From: Octopus sinensis
Lineage: Eukaryota
Assembly: GCF_006345805.1 (NCBI RefSeq)
Contig: NC_043006.1
Location: 37,138,001-37,202,000 of the forward strand
Length of the DNA stretch: 64,000 nt
Direction: 5' to 3'
Every line of letters begins with the position of its first letter. Position 1 is the stretch's first letter. The translations under genes and the position numbers were made by a program. This document shows, piece by piece, positions 12,650-26,661 of the stretch. The notes beneath the pieces were generated by a model. The model made no database searches, was not told the origin of the DNA, and saw only the letters and a program-made list of their open reading frames with translations.

Positions 12650-13500
12650 CCATTTGATCTTGCAGTCTAGTTTATTAATCGTTGATGTTACCAGTCCTGA
12701 TATTGCAAATGAATTGTTGGATACTTTCTACTATACGAAGGAAGCTCTGAATGTTATTTTTGTCAAAATCTGCGATAATATTCTAAGGTCACACTTTCTG
12801 TGTTCAATAATTTCAGTAACCGTTTTCATCAATATCTAAGTCTTAGTAACCCTCGTTATGTGGAACACGAGAGACAGTGAGAATCGAGTTATGGCAATGT
12901 CTTTCGTCTGGAATGAGTTTTTCCCACGTTCAACTATCAAGTATGAACATTTCCTTTGGCTAGATTCCATCCTTATGTCAGTTGAAAATGTTATTATATC
13001 TGGCTGATTCTCAACATTGTAAATATTTCCAGTATAGATCTTTTAGATTGTCAAAAAAAAAAAGAAAGAAAAAAAAAGAGTTGCTTTGATGTCTTTTACT
13101 GTTGTAGACCCTAGAATATAATTACTGGATTCTTGTAAAAGAAATTACAGTGGATTTAGAGCCAAAATAAATAGAGACACAGACAGGCTGGCTCCTTGAA
13201 AACATATGCAGAGTCAGTGACAATCGTTGAACTTTGAGTTACAAGGATAAGGACGATTGACCTAGTCTTTGCGAGCGTTCCAACGACAGAGAGTAATGCA
13301 GGTGGTAAAGCAGGCTAAATGCAGTGATTCCATCGACTACATTTGAGGAATAGAGTCAAATGCATTTTTGTAATCCAGCCATACTTTCCATGGGGCTCAA
13401 AGGTATTCTAATTATTCAGACAGCACAGCTTCATCATTTCAAAGATGCTCTGCACATTCCAACACTCACTTCTTCCTAACTGTCTTCTCGTTGGTCGTTA
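12650..13500 (-). mobile_element. Decayed R4/Dong-clade non-LTR retrotransposon reverse-transcriptase fragment
   Basis: Minus-strand frames give WLDYKNAFDSIP, FQGASLSVSLFILALNPL, DNLK...FSTDIRM...KCSYLIVERGK and NNSFAI, matching R4/Dong RT motifs; many stops and frameshifts. Confidence 0.7.
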
Positions 13501-13542
13501 CCTTGTTGGACTTGCCGTGGTGTTGCAAGAATTGAATTAAAC

Positions 13543-13798
13543 CAGTAGGTCTCAACCAGCCTCCACATGACCCTTAGGGGTCTACGTAAAATTTTGTTGT
13601 TAAAATTTATGCACAATAAATTGATTATACTTCTATAATACACACACAAAAATGTTTTTTTTTATACAATTCTTAATTATATTTAATTATAAAAATGCAA
13701 TGAGACGTTTTTTATATACAGTGAATGGCTGTGGAGGTCCAGTAGAGTAAAATAAGAACTAAAGAGGTCCATGGGCAACGATTAGTTGTGAACCACCG
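13543..13798. mobile_element. hAT (Charlie-like) MITE
   Basis: Termini cagtaggtctcaac ... gttgtgaaccaccg; imperfect 8-bp flanks aattaaac/atttaaag. Similar ends near 3200-3271 and 13970. Confidence 0.6.
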
Positions 13799-14395
13799 AT
13801 TTAAAGTTTGTGTAGAATTCACTTAATGCTTAAGGAAGTTATAGACCTGATGTCTACAGAGAATTTCGACATTTTTTTTCAAATTCTCCTGAAACTACGA
13901 TTATGGATTGTTCCATTTTTTTTTCAGATTGTACAATCTCCCCTGCAATAATCTCTATTAGATTAGCTCAAAGGTTCTCAACCCATTTTGGCCAAATGCC
14001 CCCTTTTGACCCTTGGAGTCACAAATCCCACCCCACCAGAAATTTTTTTTATTTCTCAAGATACTACTTATTTTGATATCAGTAGATAATCATTAAAAAA
14101 TAAAGGACGTTGTTTTTACATATGCGCTTCTACGCAATCGGGAGTACAGATGTACAAATTGAAATGCAGAAGAAAAAACGAAATAATAAATTGAAAGTTT
14201 GGTAATTGCATTTATTTTCACCACGCGACACTTATGAGATCAACGTGTTGTCTATCGAGAGAGTGCTCTTTGGTACAAGTAAATGCCGATGAAATCATTT
14301 CATACCTTTCCGATTTCCCTTATCAAAACGGCTAGAACTTGTGCAACAATCTGACATATGTTATTGTCACCCGGGAAGGGGATTTTTTATACTAA

Positions 14396-15233
14396 TCTAT
14401 ATATATAAAACTGAGAATGTGTGTCTGTCTGTATGTGTGAATCCCTAAAACTTGAGAACTACACAACCAATTTCATTCAAATTTTACACATGCTTTACTT
14501 AGGGTCCATGTAGTGTCATGGGCAAAAAATCTTCTTGCCTAGGGCGAGCCCACAGTAATATCACATCTTCTCCACTATTTCAGTATTACGTGTTAAAAGT
14601 GAAACAAAAACATTTCTCTATTTTATGTCAGATACTTTCACTTTAATCTAGGATAACACCACCAAACGAAATAAAAAATAAATTAAAGAAAAGACTATTG
14701 TCTATAAAGTATAGAATGTAGAGAAAAAAAAAGATTTGAACACATGGAGGAAAGCACCATTGAAAAGTGTCTTGGTGCGACTATGAAAGATATCAAGTAT
14801 CTAACGAGAGGCGGTAAATTCGCCACAATAGAACAAAGGTTCGAGTCAACGGAGGGTGCAAGGGAGTACTCGACTCGAACCTTGCAAAGTGGAAATATTT
14901 TATTTTCACCTTTATATCTGGGACGTAGGACGTCCCGGATAAAAATTTAAAATGTCCCCCCAGAAGTAGAGGTAGGCTGGATTGTAGCCACACTTCTATA
15001 CAAGAGGGAGGACAAGATACAATGGATCGAAATTGCAAGAGACAGGCCTACAATTCCAGTCTGTTATATATTTTGAGTATTGTTATCACGAGCGATATCA
15101 AGATATAACTTTGAATTTTGTATTTTATGTGTAGATGTATATATATAGATGTACATGTAATATGTACACATATATATACACATATATACATGCACTAGCA
15201 CTATGACCCGGCGTTGCCGGGTCATAATGCTAG
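14396..15233 (+). mobile_element. Complete non-autonomous Helitron (838 bp)
   Basis: A|TCTATATATATAAAA 5' end; 11-bp hairpin tatgacccggc-gtt-gccgggtcata (15202-15226) followed by CTAG|T; inserted at an AT site without TSD. Confidence 0.88.
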
Positions 15234-16092
15234 TTACTTATACATTCGAAAACTGCTGCACCGATAATAATGAAATTTGGAACACAAAATCGAAGCCCAG
15301 GGAGAAAGGTAATGCTGTGTGTTTCATACAATTTCATGGACCAAAATGACTAAATGTTACTTAATTTATCGGCCCTGAAAGGATGAAAGGCAAAGTCAAC
15401 CTCGGCGGAATTTGAACTCAGAACGTAGCGGCAGACGAAATACCGCTAAGCAATTCGCCCGGCGTGCTAACGATTCTACCAGCTCGTTGCCCTTCCAGAG
15501 CTAACTTATTGCCAGAACCATATTACCAAAATTGTAGATAATTTTATTTTTTTGTTCAATAACCGTCGTATTTCGTCTTATAATAGAGTAATACAAATCC
15601 TAAATTTAAACTTTATACCAATCATTGCTGAACGGTGAAACACTCAGAACTTGCTATTGACTTACAAACTGGTTTTTCTGGAAAAGGATGGGGAAGAAGA
15701 GGAGGCAGAGGGAGAAGAGGCGGTAGATGAAGAAGAGTAGAAAGTGTGTATGTATATGTGTGTGTAAGTGTGTATGTGTGTGTGTACATGCATATCTGCT
15801 TGTGTGCGCGTGTATATGTGTATGTATGTGAGCATGATTATGTATTTGTGTGTGCATGTGTGTGTACCTGTGAATGTGTGTGTGTATGTGTGTGTGTGTG
15901 TGTGCATGCTATTTTGGTTCTGTCTTCCACCCTTCAACCACCTCCGGTCCTTATAACTACCCAAGCATATTTATTTGCTCAACACGTTCACATGAAATCA
16001 CCCAAGTCTATATCTTAAATCAGCTGATCGTCACTTTTACGCTTCACCTTTCCCTCTTCAGAGAAAATATACGAATGGAAAATATATATCGC

Positions 16093-16226
16093 CACCACCA
16101 CCACCACCACCACCACCACCACACCACCACCACCACCACTACCATCACCGCCACCACCGCTACCACCACCATCACCGCCACCACCACCATCACCGCCACA
16201 CCGCTACCACCACCGCCACCATCACC

Positions 16227-16280
<54 letters not shown>

Positions 16281-16480
16281 GCCGTCGTCGTTATCATCAT
16301 TACTATTATTATTGTTATCAGCATCGTCGTATTACCATCATCTCCATCATCAGTGGCAAAAGCAGTTTTATCATCATCATCATCATCATCATCATCATTA
16401 TCCCCATGGTCGGAGTCGTAGTCTTGGTGGTTGTCATAGTAGTGGTGGTGATGGTTGTGGTAGTGGTGGCGGCGACACAG
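16093..16480. repeat. (CAC)/(CAT)/(GGT) trinucleotide low-complexity block
   Basis: Direct inspection; similar blocks at 23300-23590, 37410-37760 and 63715-63810. Confidence 0.9.
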
Positions 16481-17572
16481 GTTGTTTGTCAGTTTAGTAC
16501 AGTTTAGCTGTTGATAGTGAGCCAATTAGATTTACCTCATTCGTCTCCCCCTCATCCCTGACGTCCCCTCTCCCCCTACTCTCAATCAAACCATTCCTTT
16601 ATTTCAGATTATTTGATTAAATAATTTTATTTTATTTCATGATTTTTACCTTTTTTATTATTTCTTTACTATATATTTTTTATTGTAATATAGTATCTTT
16701 TTTTTTATATATATATATAATCGCAAGAATAATTGTAGCAACACTAGTTCTTTCTAATTTTAGCTCAAAACCAGCTATTTTTAGGGGAGAGAGAAAAGTC
16801 TATTGCATCGATCCCAGTACTTGACTAGTACGTTAGTTTATCGATCCCCCGAAAGGATGAAAGACAAAATCGACCTCGGCGGAATTTGATCTCTGAATGT
16901 GAAGACAGACGAAATGCCGCTAAACATAGTTTGAGTATAGTTTATGCAGAACCAGTTCTCCTCTCTCACCCTTCAAACTTTTATAAGTCTGATGCAAAAA
17001 GTGTCTTAAGCCTAGTAGTTACCAAGATGCAGGTTTTTGTATGGAGTCATCTTCTCTTTAAATGAACAGCGAAGGGGCTGAAGAGCTTCGTCTACGTTGG
17101 GTCTGTAAGCGAGTGATCGTCTTTCGGAGGCAATTCGGTATCGTGGCAATTAACCTTCGGCTGGAACCTTGACAGGCGATACTACTTCGCGTTGGAATAG
17201 ACCTGTGATCACTAGTAGCTAAGAAGTGGTTCCGCACTCCCCAAAACACCGGAACTCCCGAACCAGACGCCCGGCTACCGAATGAAGTTCAAAGACATTC
17301 TCGGGATTAAACTGGTGCTGAACAACAGCAACAAAAACGCGAACAACAAAACAATAAAGACAAAAACCAGAAGAGTTGATTGTAGTATCTCTAAAAAAGC
17401 CTTTCCTCCATCGCTAACACCGTCTGTCTCTCTATTTATCCATCAATCAGTGCCACATCACGTGACTACCGCCATTTTTCGAAATACTGCTTATTATATA
17501 TCTGTGCATCCAAATATTCTTTCTTACCAACACCCCTCTCTCTCTCTCACTCTCTGTCTGTCTGTCTGCCTT

Positions 17573-17609
<37 letters not shown>

Positions 17610-17629
17610 ATCTCTGTCTCACTCTGTGT

Positions 17630-18059
17630 ATATACATATATATATAAATCTTAAATATACATGCATACATATATGTGTATATATACATACGCACAAAAGA
17701 TACACACAAACGTATATATTATATATATATATATAATATATATATATATATTATATATATATATATCTGTGTGTGTGTGTGCGTGTGTGTATATATATAC
17801 ATGCCTACAATATATATGTGAGATATACGTGTGCATGTGTGTATACATACATTCATGCATACATACATATATATATACATAATACATATATGTATGTATA
17901 TATATATATATATATATAATATATATATATATCTGTGTGTGTGTGTGCGTGTGTGTATATATATACATGCCTACATATATATATGTGAGATATACGTGTG
18001 CATGTGTGTATACATACATTCATGCATACATACATATATATATACATAATACATATATG

Positions 18060-18116
<57 letters not shown>

Positions 18117-18190
18117 GTATGTGTGTATGTTTGTTATGTATGTATGTATGCGTGAATGTATGTATGGACGTATGTATGCATATTTGTATA
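17630..18190. repeat. Compound (TA)/(TG)/(TATG) block containing a ~166-bp tandem duplication
   Basis: atctgtgtg...catgcctac...gagatatacgtgtgc block starts at 17765 and again at 17931. Confidence 0.85.
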
Positions 18191-18368
18191 TATTTAAATA
18201 TGGATATATCAGTCGCTCAACATTCCACATTCTATTCTCTATAATTCAATTACCTTCCAAACTGAAGGATCAAATATGGCAACATAATCGAATTATTTAC
18301 CCTCTTCCTATACTGCTATTTATTTTCTTATTTGCGTGTATATGTATCTACATGTATACAAGTTAGCA

Positions 18369-18400
<32 letters not shown>

Positions 18401-18430
18401 GTGTGGTGTTGTGTGTGTGTGTGTGTGTGT

Positions 18431-18471
<41 letters not shown>

Positions 18472-20714
18472 GTAAATATGCATGCGTGTATATATATGTT
18501 TTAAAGCTATTTCTAATCTTTAAAAAATAGCATGCAACGCTCACAGATGTCGGCCATACATGTGTTGCCGGATGAAGAGTGATGTTCGCATTTGATATTA
18601 TTTACGACTTTTATATTTTACGAGAAGGTGCGTGGCCAAGTGGTTAAGCTGTTGCAGTCACGATCGCTTGATACTGTTCGATTCCTAGACCGAGCGGAGT
18701 GTTGGGTTTTTGAGCGTAACACCTAATTTCACATTACTCCACTTCACTTGGCGCAAATGAGTAACCCTGCAACGTACTAGCCTTCCGATCGAGGAGGATG
18801 TTGGCATCATTCGGAAGATAAAACGATGTAAAGGACATTGTAATCAGCGATGTATAACAACATCCAATTGTCTAGTCGATCATGTGATCATGTGATATTG
18901 TATGTAAATCTTTGTACTATTTTCATCTATTTTTGTTTGTACTATTTCCATCTTCTTACGCCATTTTGGTTAACATAACTTGGCATCCCTACGCAAACGT
19001 GCCTTCCGACTTAGCTTCCTCATAATATTCTGAAGAATGGATATTTTTCAATGAAATTTTCTACAAATACCCTTCAGATGGAGTAGTTAACGATTACACT
19101 GTAATTTAATGTGAAAAAAAAAGAGGAATATTAGTTTGCACGAGAATACATACATACTGACGCGCATCACGTATATGTCTATGAAACGAAATCTGAAATT
19201 TCGAAGAAACTTTATGTGATGTGTATCAGTATGTATGTGTGTGCGCTCATCAGTCTTTTTCTTCATATAAATTCTGATATAATGAAATCTAGATCACCTG
19301 AAAGGTATCTGTCTTTCATCTTTTCTCTTTTACTTGTTTCGGCCATTAAACTGTGGTCATGCTGTGGCACCGCCTTGGAGAACCTTTAAGTCAAAGGAAT
19401 AAACCCCATTATTTGTTTATTATGTTTTAAGTCTGGTACTTATTCTATCGGCCTCTCATGCCGAACCGCTAAGTAACGGGGACGTAAATGTACTAACACC
19501 GGTCGAGAGCATTGGTTGGGGACATACACAGACACAAACATACACATAAACATGTATACATTCGATGGAATTTTTTTTCAGTTTCTGTCGACCAAATTTA
19601 TTCACAAGGCTTTGGTCAGCCTAGCACTACCTAATGTGTCACGCAGTGGGATTGAACCTAGAAGCATGTGGTTGAGAAGCTAACTTCTTACCACACAGCC
19701 ACACCTGCGTCTATTTCTAGAAAGTTTCATTAAAACATCCATTTTCCAGAAAGTTATGAGGAAGCAAAGTTGAATGGGGACACTTGTGTAGGTACGTCTA
19801 CAAACTTATCGTTCATCATTTCGGTGGTCGATGAAATAAAGTACCACTCGAGTACTGGGATCAATGGAATCAAACTGGCAGAACCGTCAGTGCGTCGGAC
19901 AAAATACCAAGCAATATTTATTTCTGCTGTTTGCGTTAGATTAAATCCCGCAAGGGTCACCTTTGCCTTTAATCCCTCTGGGGTCGATAAAATAAAGTAC
20001 AAATCAAATACTTGGATACATGCATATGTATGTGTGTATGTATGTATGTATGTATGTATGTATGTATGTATGTATGTATGTATGTATGTATGTATGTATG
20101 TATGCTTTAAAAAAAACACTTCAAAGAGGTGTGCCTGCATGGCTGGAGTCTATTGACTGAGGTAGTGTGTGTGTATGTGTGCGTGCGTGCGCGTATATGC
20201 GTGTGCATGTTTGATCATCAATGAGGTGGTCACTTTAGTAGAGCCTCATTTCTGACCTGGTGGTATCCATCAATTTGTCGTGTTCGCTTTTCTACATTAA
20301 GTACTTCACACCTACCTCCGTCCTTAATAACCATCTCTCGACCGAAGTAGTCTTCTCACTTACTCCCACACTGCATAAAACGGCCATTACCTCGACCAGC
20401 CTCTCTGAGATAAAGATGCTTACGTGACTGGTACACATCTGTTGATGATAATACCAAATCATTATGGTACCACTTTGGTGTATCTCCTTGACTTTCGACA
20501 GGTTTCGAAGGGAGATAAAAAAAAGTGTGATAGTGTTTGAAGCAGGGGAATAAATAATATAATCACGAATGACCAGAAGTGTAGGGATGGCTATGTGCTT
20601 AAGAAGATTGCTTCCCAAACATGGGGCCCTGAGTTCTGTCCCACTACTAAAAACCCGAACCAACCAAAGCATTGTGAAAGAGATTAGTAGACGGAAATTA
20701 AAAGAAGCCCATCA

Positions 20715-20759
<45 letters not shown>

Positions 20760-22848
20760 AAGCGCCCTTCCTTTTCGAAGCTTTGATGAGGCTATACGGA
20801 AATACACAAACATTCAACTATTGAACAAATTGACCCAAGTCATTTTTTTTCCGCTTTTTAAGTCTGCCATTTATTCTATCAATGTCTTTTGCCGAACCTG
20901 TGAGTTACAGGAATATTAACAAACCAATATCGGTTGTCGAGCGGTAATGGGGACCACATACATACACACATATGTAAATATCCTTATCGAGTCATATAGG
21001 TTCATAGGGTCGGTTTTCTGGTTTCCGTAGATAATCCCCACTGGACGGAACGCCGGTCCATCGCAGAGGTCACTCATTTTTGTCAGCTGGGTGGACTGGA
21101 GCAGGGCAAAAATACGCAGCCAGGAATCGAACACATGACCTGACGATCGTGAGCCCAAAACCTTGACCACTGAGCCACGAGTCTTCACCGTGTTAACAAA
21201 CAACATTAAATGTTATGTAGCTCCTTGTGTTAACGTTGCTTTTGAAGACAAGAGCGACAGACAGACACTTGACTCTCAACAACCCACGTAATTGGATTGA
21301 AGTCCAACTCTTCACATGTATAATTCTCCCTTATATATCTTGCATCGTTTACTTGCTACAGCCATTAGACTGCGGCCATGCTGCGACGAGCTTCTCCCAG
21401 TTTCTATCTAGCTAATCCATTAGCAAGGCTTTGGTCGGCCTGTAGCTATAGTAGAAGTCACTTGCCCAAGGTGCCACGCCCTTGGACTGAACCCGGAACC
21501 ATGAGCCTATTAGCGTAATTCGTATTGGCTTCAAGTTTTGGCACCAGGCCATCAAGTTCAGGATGAGGTTAAGTTGATTACATCGACCCCAGTGTTCAAC
21601 TGGTACATTATTTTATTGAACCCGAAAGGATGAAAAGCACAGTCGACCTCAGCAGTATTTGAACACAGAACATAAGGACGGCATTTTGCCCAGCGTGCAA
21701 ACGATTCCGCCAGCTCGCCGTCTTTGCTCTGTAATTCACATTACGTCATCAATATTGGTCCGCCGTTTGTGCTTTTGTATTGTGTATGCGTGTGTGTATA
21801 TGTGCGTTGTGAAGACGTGTGGCTTAGTGGTTAGGGTATTCGGTTCGCGATCGCTTGGTGTTGAGTTCGATTTCCGGCGGCGCGTCGTGTCTTGGAGCCA
21901 GATACTTTATTTCGCATTGCTGCAGTCCACTCAGATCGGATCAACTGGAACCCTCGTCGACCTAACCAACGGAATGACAGTGTGGACGTATGTGCTTATG
22001 GGGTAACTCAGTAAAGCTTTAAGAAGCGAACCAAACCAGGAATATTCTTTTCTACTCTAGGCACAAGGCTCGAAATTTTTGGGGAAAGGAGAGGGCCAGT
22101 CGATTAGATCGACCCTAGTACGCAACTGGAACTTAATTTAGTGACCCCGAAAGGATGAAAGGCAAAGTCGACATCGGCGGAATTTGAACTCAGAACGTAA
22201 CGGCAGCCGAAACACCTATTTCTTTACTACCCACAAGGGGCTAAATGCAGAGAGGACAAACAAGGATAGACAAACGGATTAAGTCGATTATATCGACCAC
22301 AGTGCGTAACTGGTACTTATTTAATCGCCCCCGAAAGGATGAAAGGCAAAGTCGACCTCGGCGGAATTTGAACTCAGAACGTAGCGGCAGGCGAAATACG
22401 GCTACGCATTTCGCCCGGAGTGCTAACGTTTCTGCCAGCTCGCCGCCTTACAAACCGGGAATATTAAAACATAATACAGCGAACATGCAGTAGACACACC
22501 ACAGCGCCATGTGTAAGTTTATGCGAACTGAGAGTTTTTGCAGAACAATGCAATCGGTTTTGGCTGCTTATATGATACGGAAATTATAGTCTGGTGCATT
22601 CACATGTCTCTCCCACCTAGCCTACACACACACACACACAACACAAACACACATACAAGCACACACACACACACACACACACTCACACACAAACACACAC
22701 ACAAATACAATTGCGCTTATACACACTATCACAGACATTTGCACACGCACACATGCACACACAACACAGATATATATTATACATACACAAGCATATATAC
22801 ATACACGCACATACATTTGCAAACATACACACATAATCACAGACATTT

Positions 22849-22887
<39 letters not shown>

Positions 22888-23313
22888 ACACACACACTTG
22901 CATACACACACTCTTGCACACGCATAAACGCACAGACGCGCATACGCGCACACAACAAAGACTAAAATAATATATACATACACAGACACACCCACACACA
23001 CACACAAACACTTATATGTACGCACAAAACACTCACAAATTTCTCTCTCCCTATCATACTCCAATTCTTATTTGAACCCTTCTCATTTGCTCCCTCCTCC
23101 CCACTTCACCTTCGGCTTTTTCGACCCTAATCCTGCTTCAGTCTCTCCCTCCCTCCCCCTCTCTCTCTCCCTCTCTCTCTCTCACCTCGACACACAGACA
23201 AATCGATAATATCAAACAACCATTGATTAAGGTCAGAGATCGAATTAATTTAACATTTGGAAATTACCCAATACGGAAAATTTTCGGAAAACACTTACAG
23301 TCGCCATCACCAA

Positions 23314-23360
<47 letters not shown>

Positions 23361-23764
23361 CCATCATCACTACTACCACGTAATACTACTACCTTCACTA
23401 CGCAACGTCATCAGCACCACTACCACCACTCACTACCACACTCTGTACAAACATCACCACCACCGCTACAAACATTCTACCAGTTACATCACCACCACCG
23501 CCACCACCACTACTACTAATAGTGCACCACCCATCACCATCACAACCACTACTACTACCAGTACCACCGCCGAATCCACTCATCATCACCACAACAATGT
23601 TCTGGTTCTTTACGTCCTGAGTTCAAATCCTGCCAATGTCAGCTTTGCTTTTCATCCCTTCGAGGTCGATAAAATAAAATACCAGTCAAATACTGCGTTC
23701 GAAAGCATCGACTAGTTCCCCGCTGGAACTGAACCTAATTTATAAAAAAATTATACTTATATGG

Positions 23765-23836
23765 TTCGAGGTAGTATAGTGGTAAGTATCCTCGTCTGTC
23801 ACGCGGGAGACTGGGGTTCGATTCCCTGCCGGGGGG
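23765..23836 (+). pseudogene. trnD: tRNA-Asp(GTC) pseudogene
   Basis: tagtatagtggtaagtatc D arm, anticodon loop ctGTCac (GTC 23798-23800), ggggttcgattccc T arm; acceptor stem is disrupted and runs into poly-G. Confidence 0.8.
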
Positions 23837-24018
23837 GGGGGGAGGTTACTTGTTAGGCACAGGGGTGGCTGTGTGCTAAAAAGCTTGCTTACCAACGATA
23901 TGGTTCTGGGTTCAGTCTCACAGCGTGACACCTTGGGCAAGCGTTTTCTACTTTAGCCTCGGGCCGATCAAAGCCTTGTGAATGGATTCGATAGAGGGGA
24001 AACTGAAAGAAGCCCGTC

Positions 24019-24084
<66 letters not shown>

Positions 24085-24087
<3 letters not shown>

Positions 24088-24580
24088 TAGATATAGGGTG
24101 AAATATAATTAATTTAATAAAATCAACAAATTTCACCTAGTAGTATTTCGGTATGGAAAAGGACCATATTCGGTAAAAACTTATATAATTATAACAATAA
24201 GGGTTTTTTGCAACAAGTTGCTTAACCACAGATATATTATGAGTTAGAGCTTATGCAACCGTCTAAGGGATAAACGTATCCGTAGGCGCTACTGGTGCAT
24301 TACCTCATTATGTATAGGCCTTGCTATAAGGTTAACAGTAGTTGGTAATTTAAATGCTAAACCGTGGTTTAATATATTCAGATAAGAAAAGAAATGGAGC
24401 AACTATTAACAATTAGAAGTTGTTCATTGGTATTAAATGGTCACAGTTTAATTGTAGTTAAAATAACATTTACAGTTGTTTCAGTTTGTAAATTTTGAGG
24501 TAAATTTGCATTCCATCTCGTTCCATGTAACAGAATGATTTAGAGTTTATCGGAGGAATATACACGGGAGAAAAAGGAAA
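24085..24580 (-). mobile_element. Probable Penelope-like 3' end/pLTR remnant
   Basis: AT-rich unique segment ending at (TA)n, with a decayed HHR-like motif (CCGAATA..GGT/ACC..GAAA) at 24136-24175. Confidence 0.35.
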
Positions 24581-24603
24581 AAGGAAAAGAAAAAGTAAAA
24601 AAG

Positions 24604-24634
<31 letters not shown>

Positions 24635-24636
24635 CA

Positions 24637-24672
<36 letters not shown>

Positions 24673-24752
24673 TATTTAAGAGATGAGTAATTGTGTACAC
24701 TATTTACATTATTTACATTTGATGGATATTTGTCCTCACCTTGTTTGTTGTT

Positions 24753-24798
24753 AACACAACGTTTCGGCTGATATACCCTCCAGCCTTCATCAGGTGTC
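24753..24798 (-). ncRNA. Minimal type-I hammerhead ribozyme (canonical core) in a pLTR-like repeat (~24672-24850)
   Basis: GACAC CTGATGA A GGCTG-gagggtatat-CAGCC GAA ACGT T GTGTT; palindromic ACGT stem III. Confidence 0.85.
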
Positions 24799-24847
24799 TT
24801 GGGGAAATTTCGAACCTAGATTCTCATTCGTAAGGTATTTTTCGATG

Positions 24848-24859
24848 TTATTATCATCA

Positions 24860-24930
<71 letters not shown>
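24848..24930. repeat. (ATT)n microsatellite
   Basis: Direct inspection. Confidence 0.95.
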
Positions 24931-24933
<3 letters not shown>

Positions 24934-25799
24934 TGAGAGAGCAGTGCTTGTCATGAAAGTGATACTGGGGTACAAATATACGTATCACAATCATATGTGC
25001 GTGACATGGTGATCTCATATTAAGGCAAACAGCGCATGATCTTGCAGGTGGGCCGAGTTAGAACTTTCTTCATGTCGAGTAGCCCATCACATTCAAAAGG
25101 TCCCCAAATAAGGTTTGCTTGGGGATGTTAAAGGAAACAGCCATGTTTCCAGAGGTGAATTATTCAAAACCCAAAGAATTCCTCTCCGGCGAGCTGGCAG
25201 AATCCTTTCCACGCCGGTCAAAATGGTTAGCAGCCCAATAATTTCAGGTCTTGTGCTTCTAGTAGAAATGATTATTATTAAGCTAGGACAAACTAAATTA
25301 ATTAGCAGGAATTTTATCTTGAGGTTTGATGACAAGTCTCCCCAAGAATCTTCCTTGGGATTCTTGCAGAATATAGAATGGTACATTTCTTATTTTATAT
25401 TTTATTCTTTGATTTTTTTTTCAGAATTCATTTTTGCTCCTTTAGTACACACCATAAATGATAATTTCTAATATTTGTAAAAAAATGAAGTATGCTGAAT
25501 ACACCTTTTATCTGAGTCTGTATAATGAAACTATTTCCTATATATATCTGAATCCTGTGTTTTAACTTGCCATGAAATGTTCTGAAATGTAATCTGTTCA
25601 TTATGTTACAGTAAATTATATTTGTTGTGTGTGTGTGTGTGTGTATAATACGGATGATGTAGAGTCACTTATACAACCAAAACAGATTACGGAAAGGTGT
25701 CAACAGCTATAACACCACTTTGAATACGCATTCCCTACTTAACACTACTTGTTACAGCTGATTAGTTTACAGAGTGCACTCATGACGTGAAGACATTTT

Positions 25800-26661
25800 G
25801 GAAGCCTGCAATAAAATTTTGTGTTAAACTGGTACAAAAGGCTCAAGGACAGTAGAGGCGAGATGAGAGGTGTGGGACGGAGAGGACATCAGAGCATCAG
25901 AGCTTGTTGGAAAAGTTCGCCACATTCTGGATGAAGACTGTCGCATATCTCTAAAGACGATAAACATTCAGTTTTGAGTTGGTGTGGCAACTGTACATAG
26001 AATTGTTTATTAAGATCTGAACAGGATGTAAAATGTGTACAAAGTTTATTTCCAGAGTACTCAGTGACGAACAGAAGGAAAGACGCGTAGGTAACTGCAG
26101 GAGGATGGTTGAGCTCATTGCATCCAACCCAAGAGTATTTGAGTCTCTGGTGACCTGTGGCGAAAGCTGGACTCTACTGGCTACTCCGATACTAAAAAAA
26201 AGCCAGACAAAGCAAGTTCATCGGGATGATCCACTTTCTCAATAGCAAGGATCTCATCTACATCAACTAAAGTACTTTGTGGAAGTCTTGAGAGTACTCA
26301 AGTAGAGATTACGTCCCTAAAAACCGGAGACCTTCCTGTTGAGTCGGTAGCATTTGCACCAGGACAATGCACCGGTCCACACTTCCACTTTGGTAACCAA
26401 CTACTTGACAAAGATGAGCATCAAAACTGTCCCTTACCTTCCCCGCAGTCTAGACCTTGTTCCCTGTGACTTTTGGCTCCCCAAACTGAAGGAGAACTTC
26501 CGGAGCAATCGATTTTAAGACGCCGAGAAGATGAAGGAGGCCGTGATAATGGTGCTGGATACGTTCACTTAGGAGGGCTTTCATACATGGGGGCCTTCAC
26601 GAAGAGGGTAGAGAGATACAAGTGCATTGAAGCCAGACCATCCTACATTGAAGGAGATTAG
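25800..26661 (+). mobile_element. Decayed mariner (DD34D) transposase
   Basis: AIKFCVKL, FISRVLSDEQKERR (WVPR-equivalent), VTCGESW, HQDNAPVH...SLDLVPCDFW with 34 residues between the two Asp, C-terminal KCIEA; frameshifts and stops. Confidence 0.9.

Noticed and set aside
15874-16525. Poly-His/Thr/Pro/Ser ORFs (also 23257-23715 and 37434-37910)
   Set aside because: Trinucleotide low-complexity tracts without splice or domain evidence.
18990-19060. CTGAAGA...GAAA hammerhead-like spacing
   Set aside because: No stem II or stem I pairing; resembles ordinary MITE/Helitron-type internal sequence.
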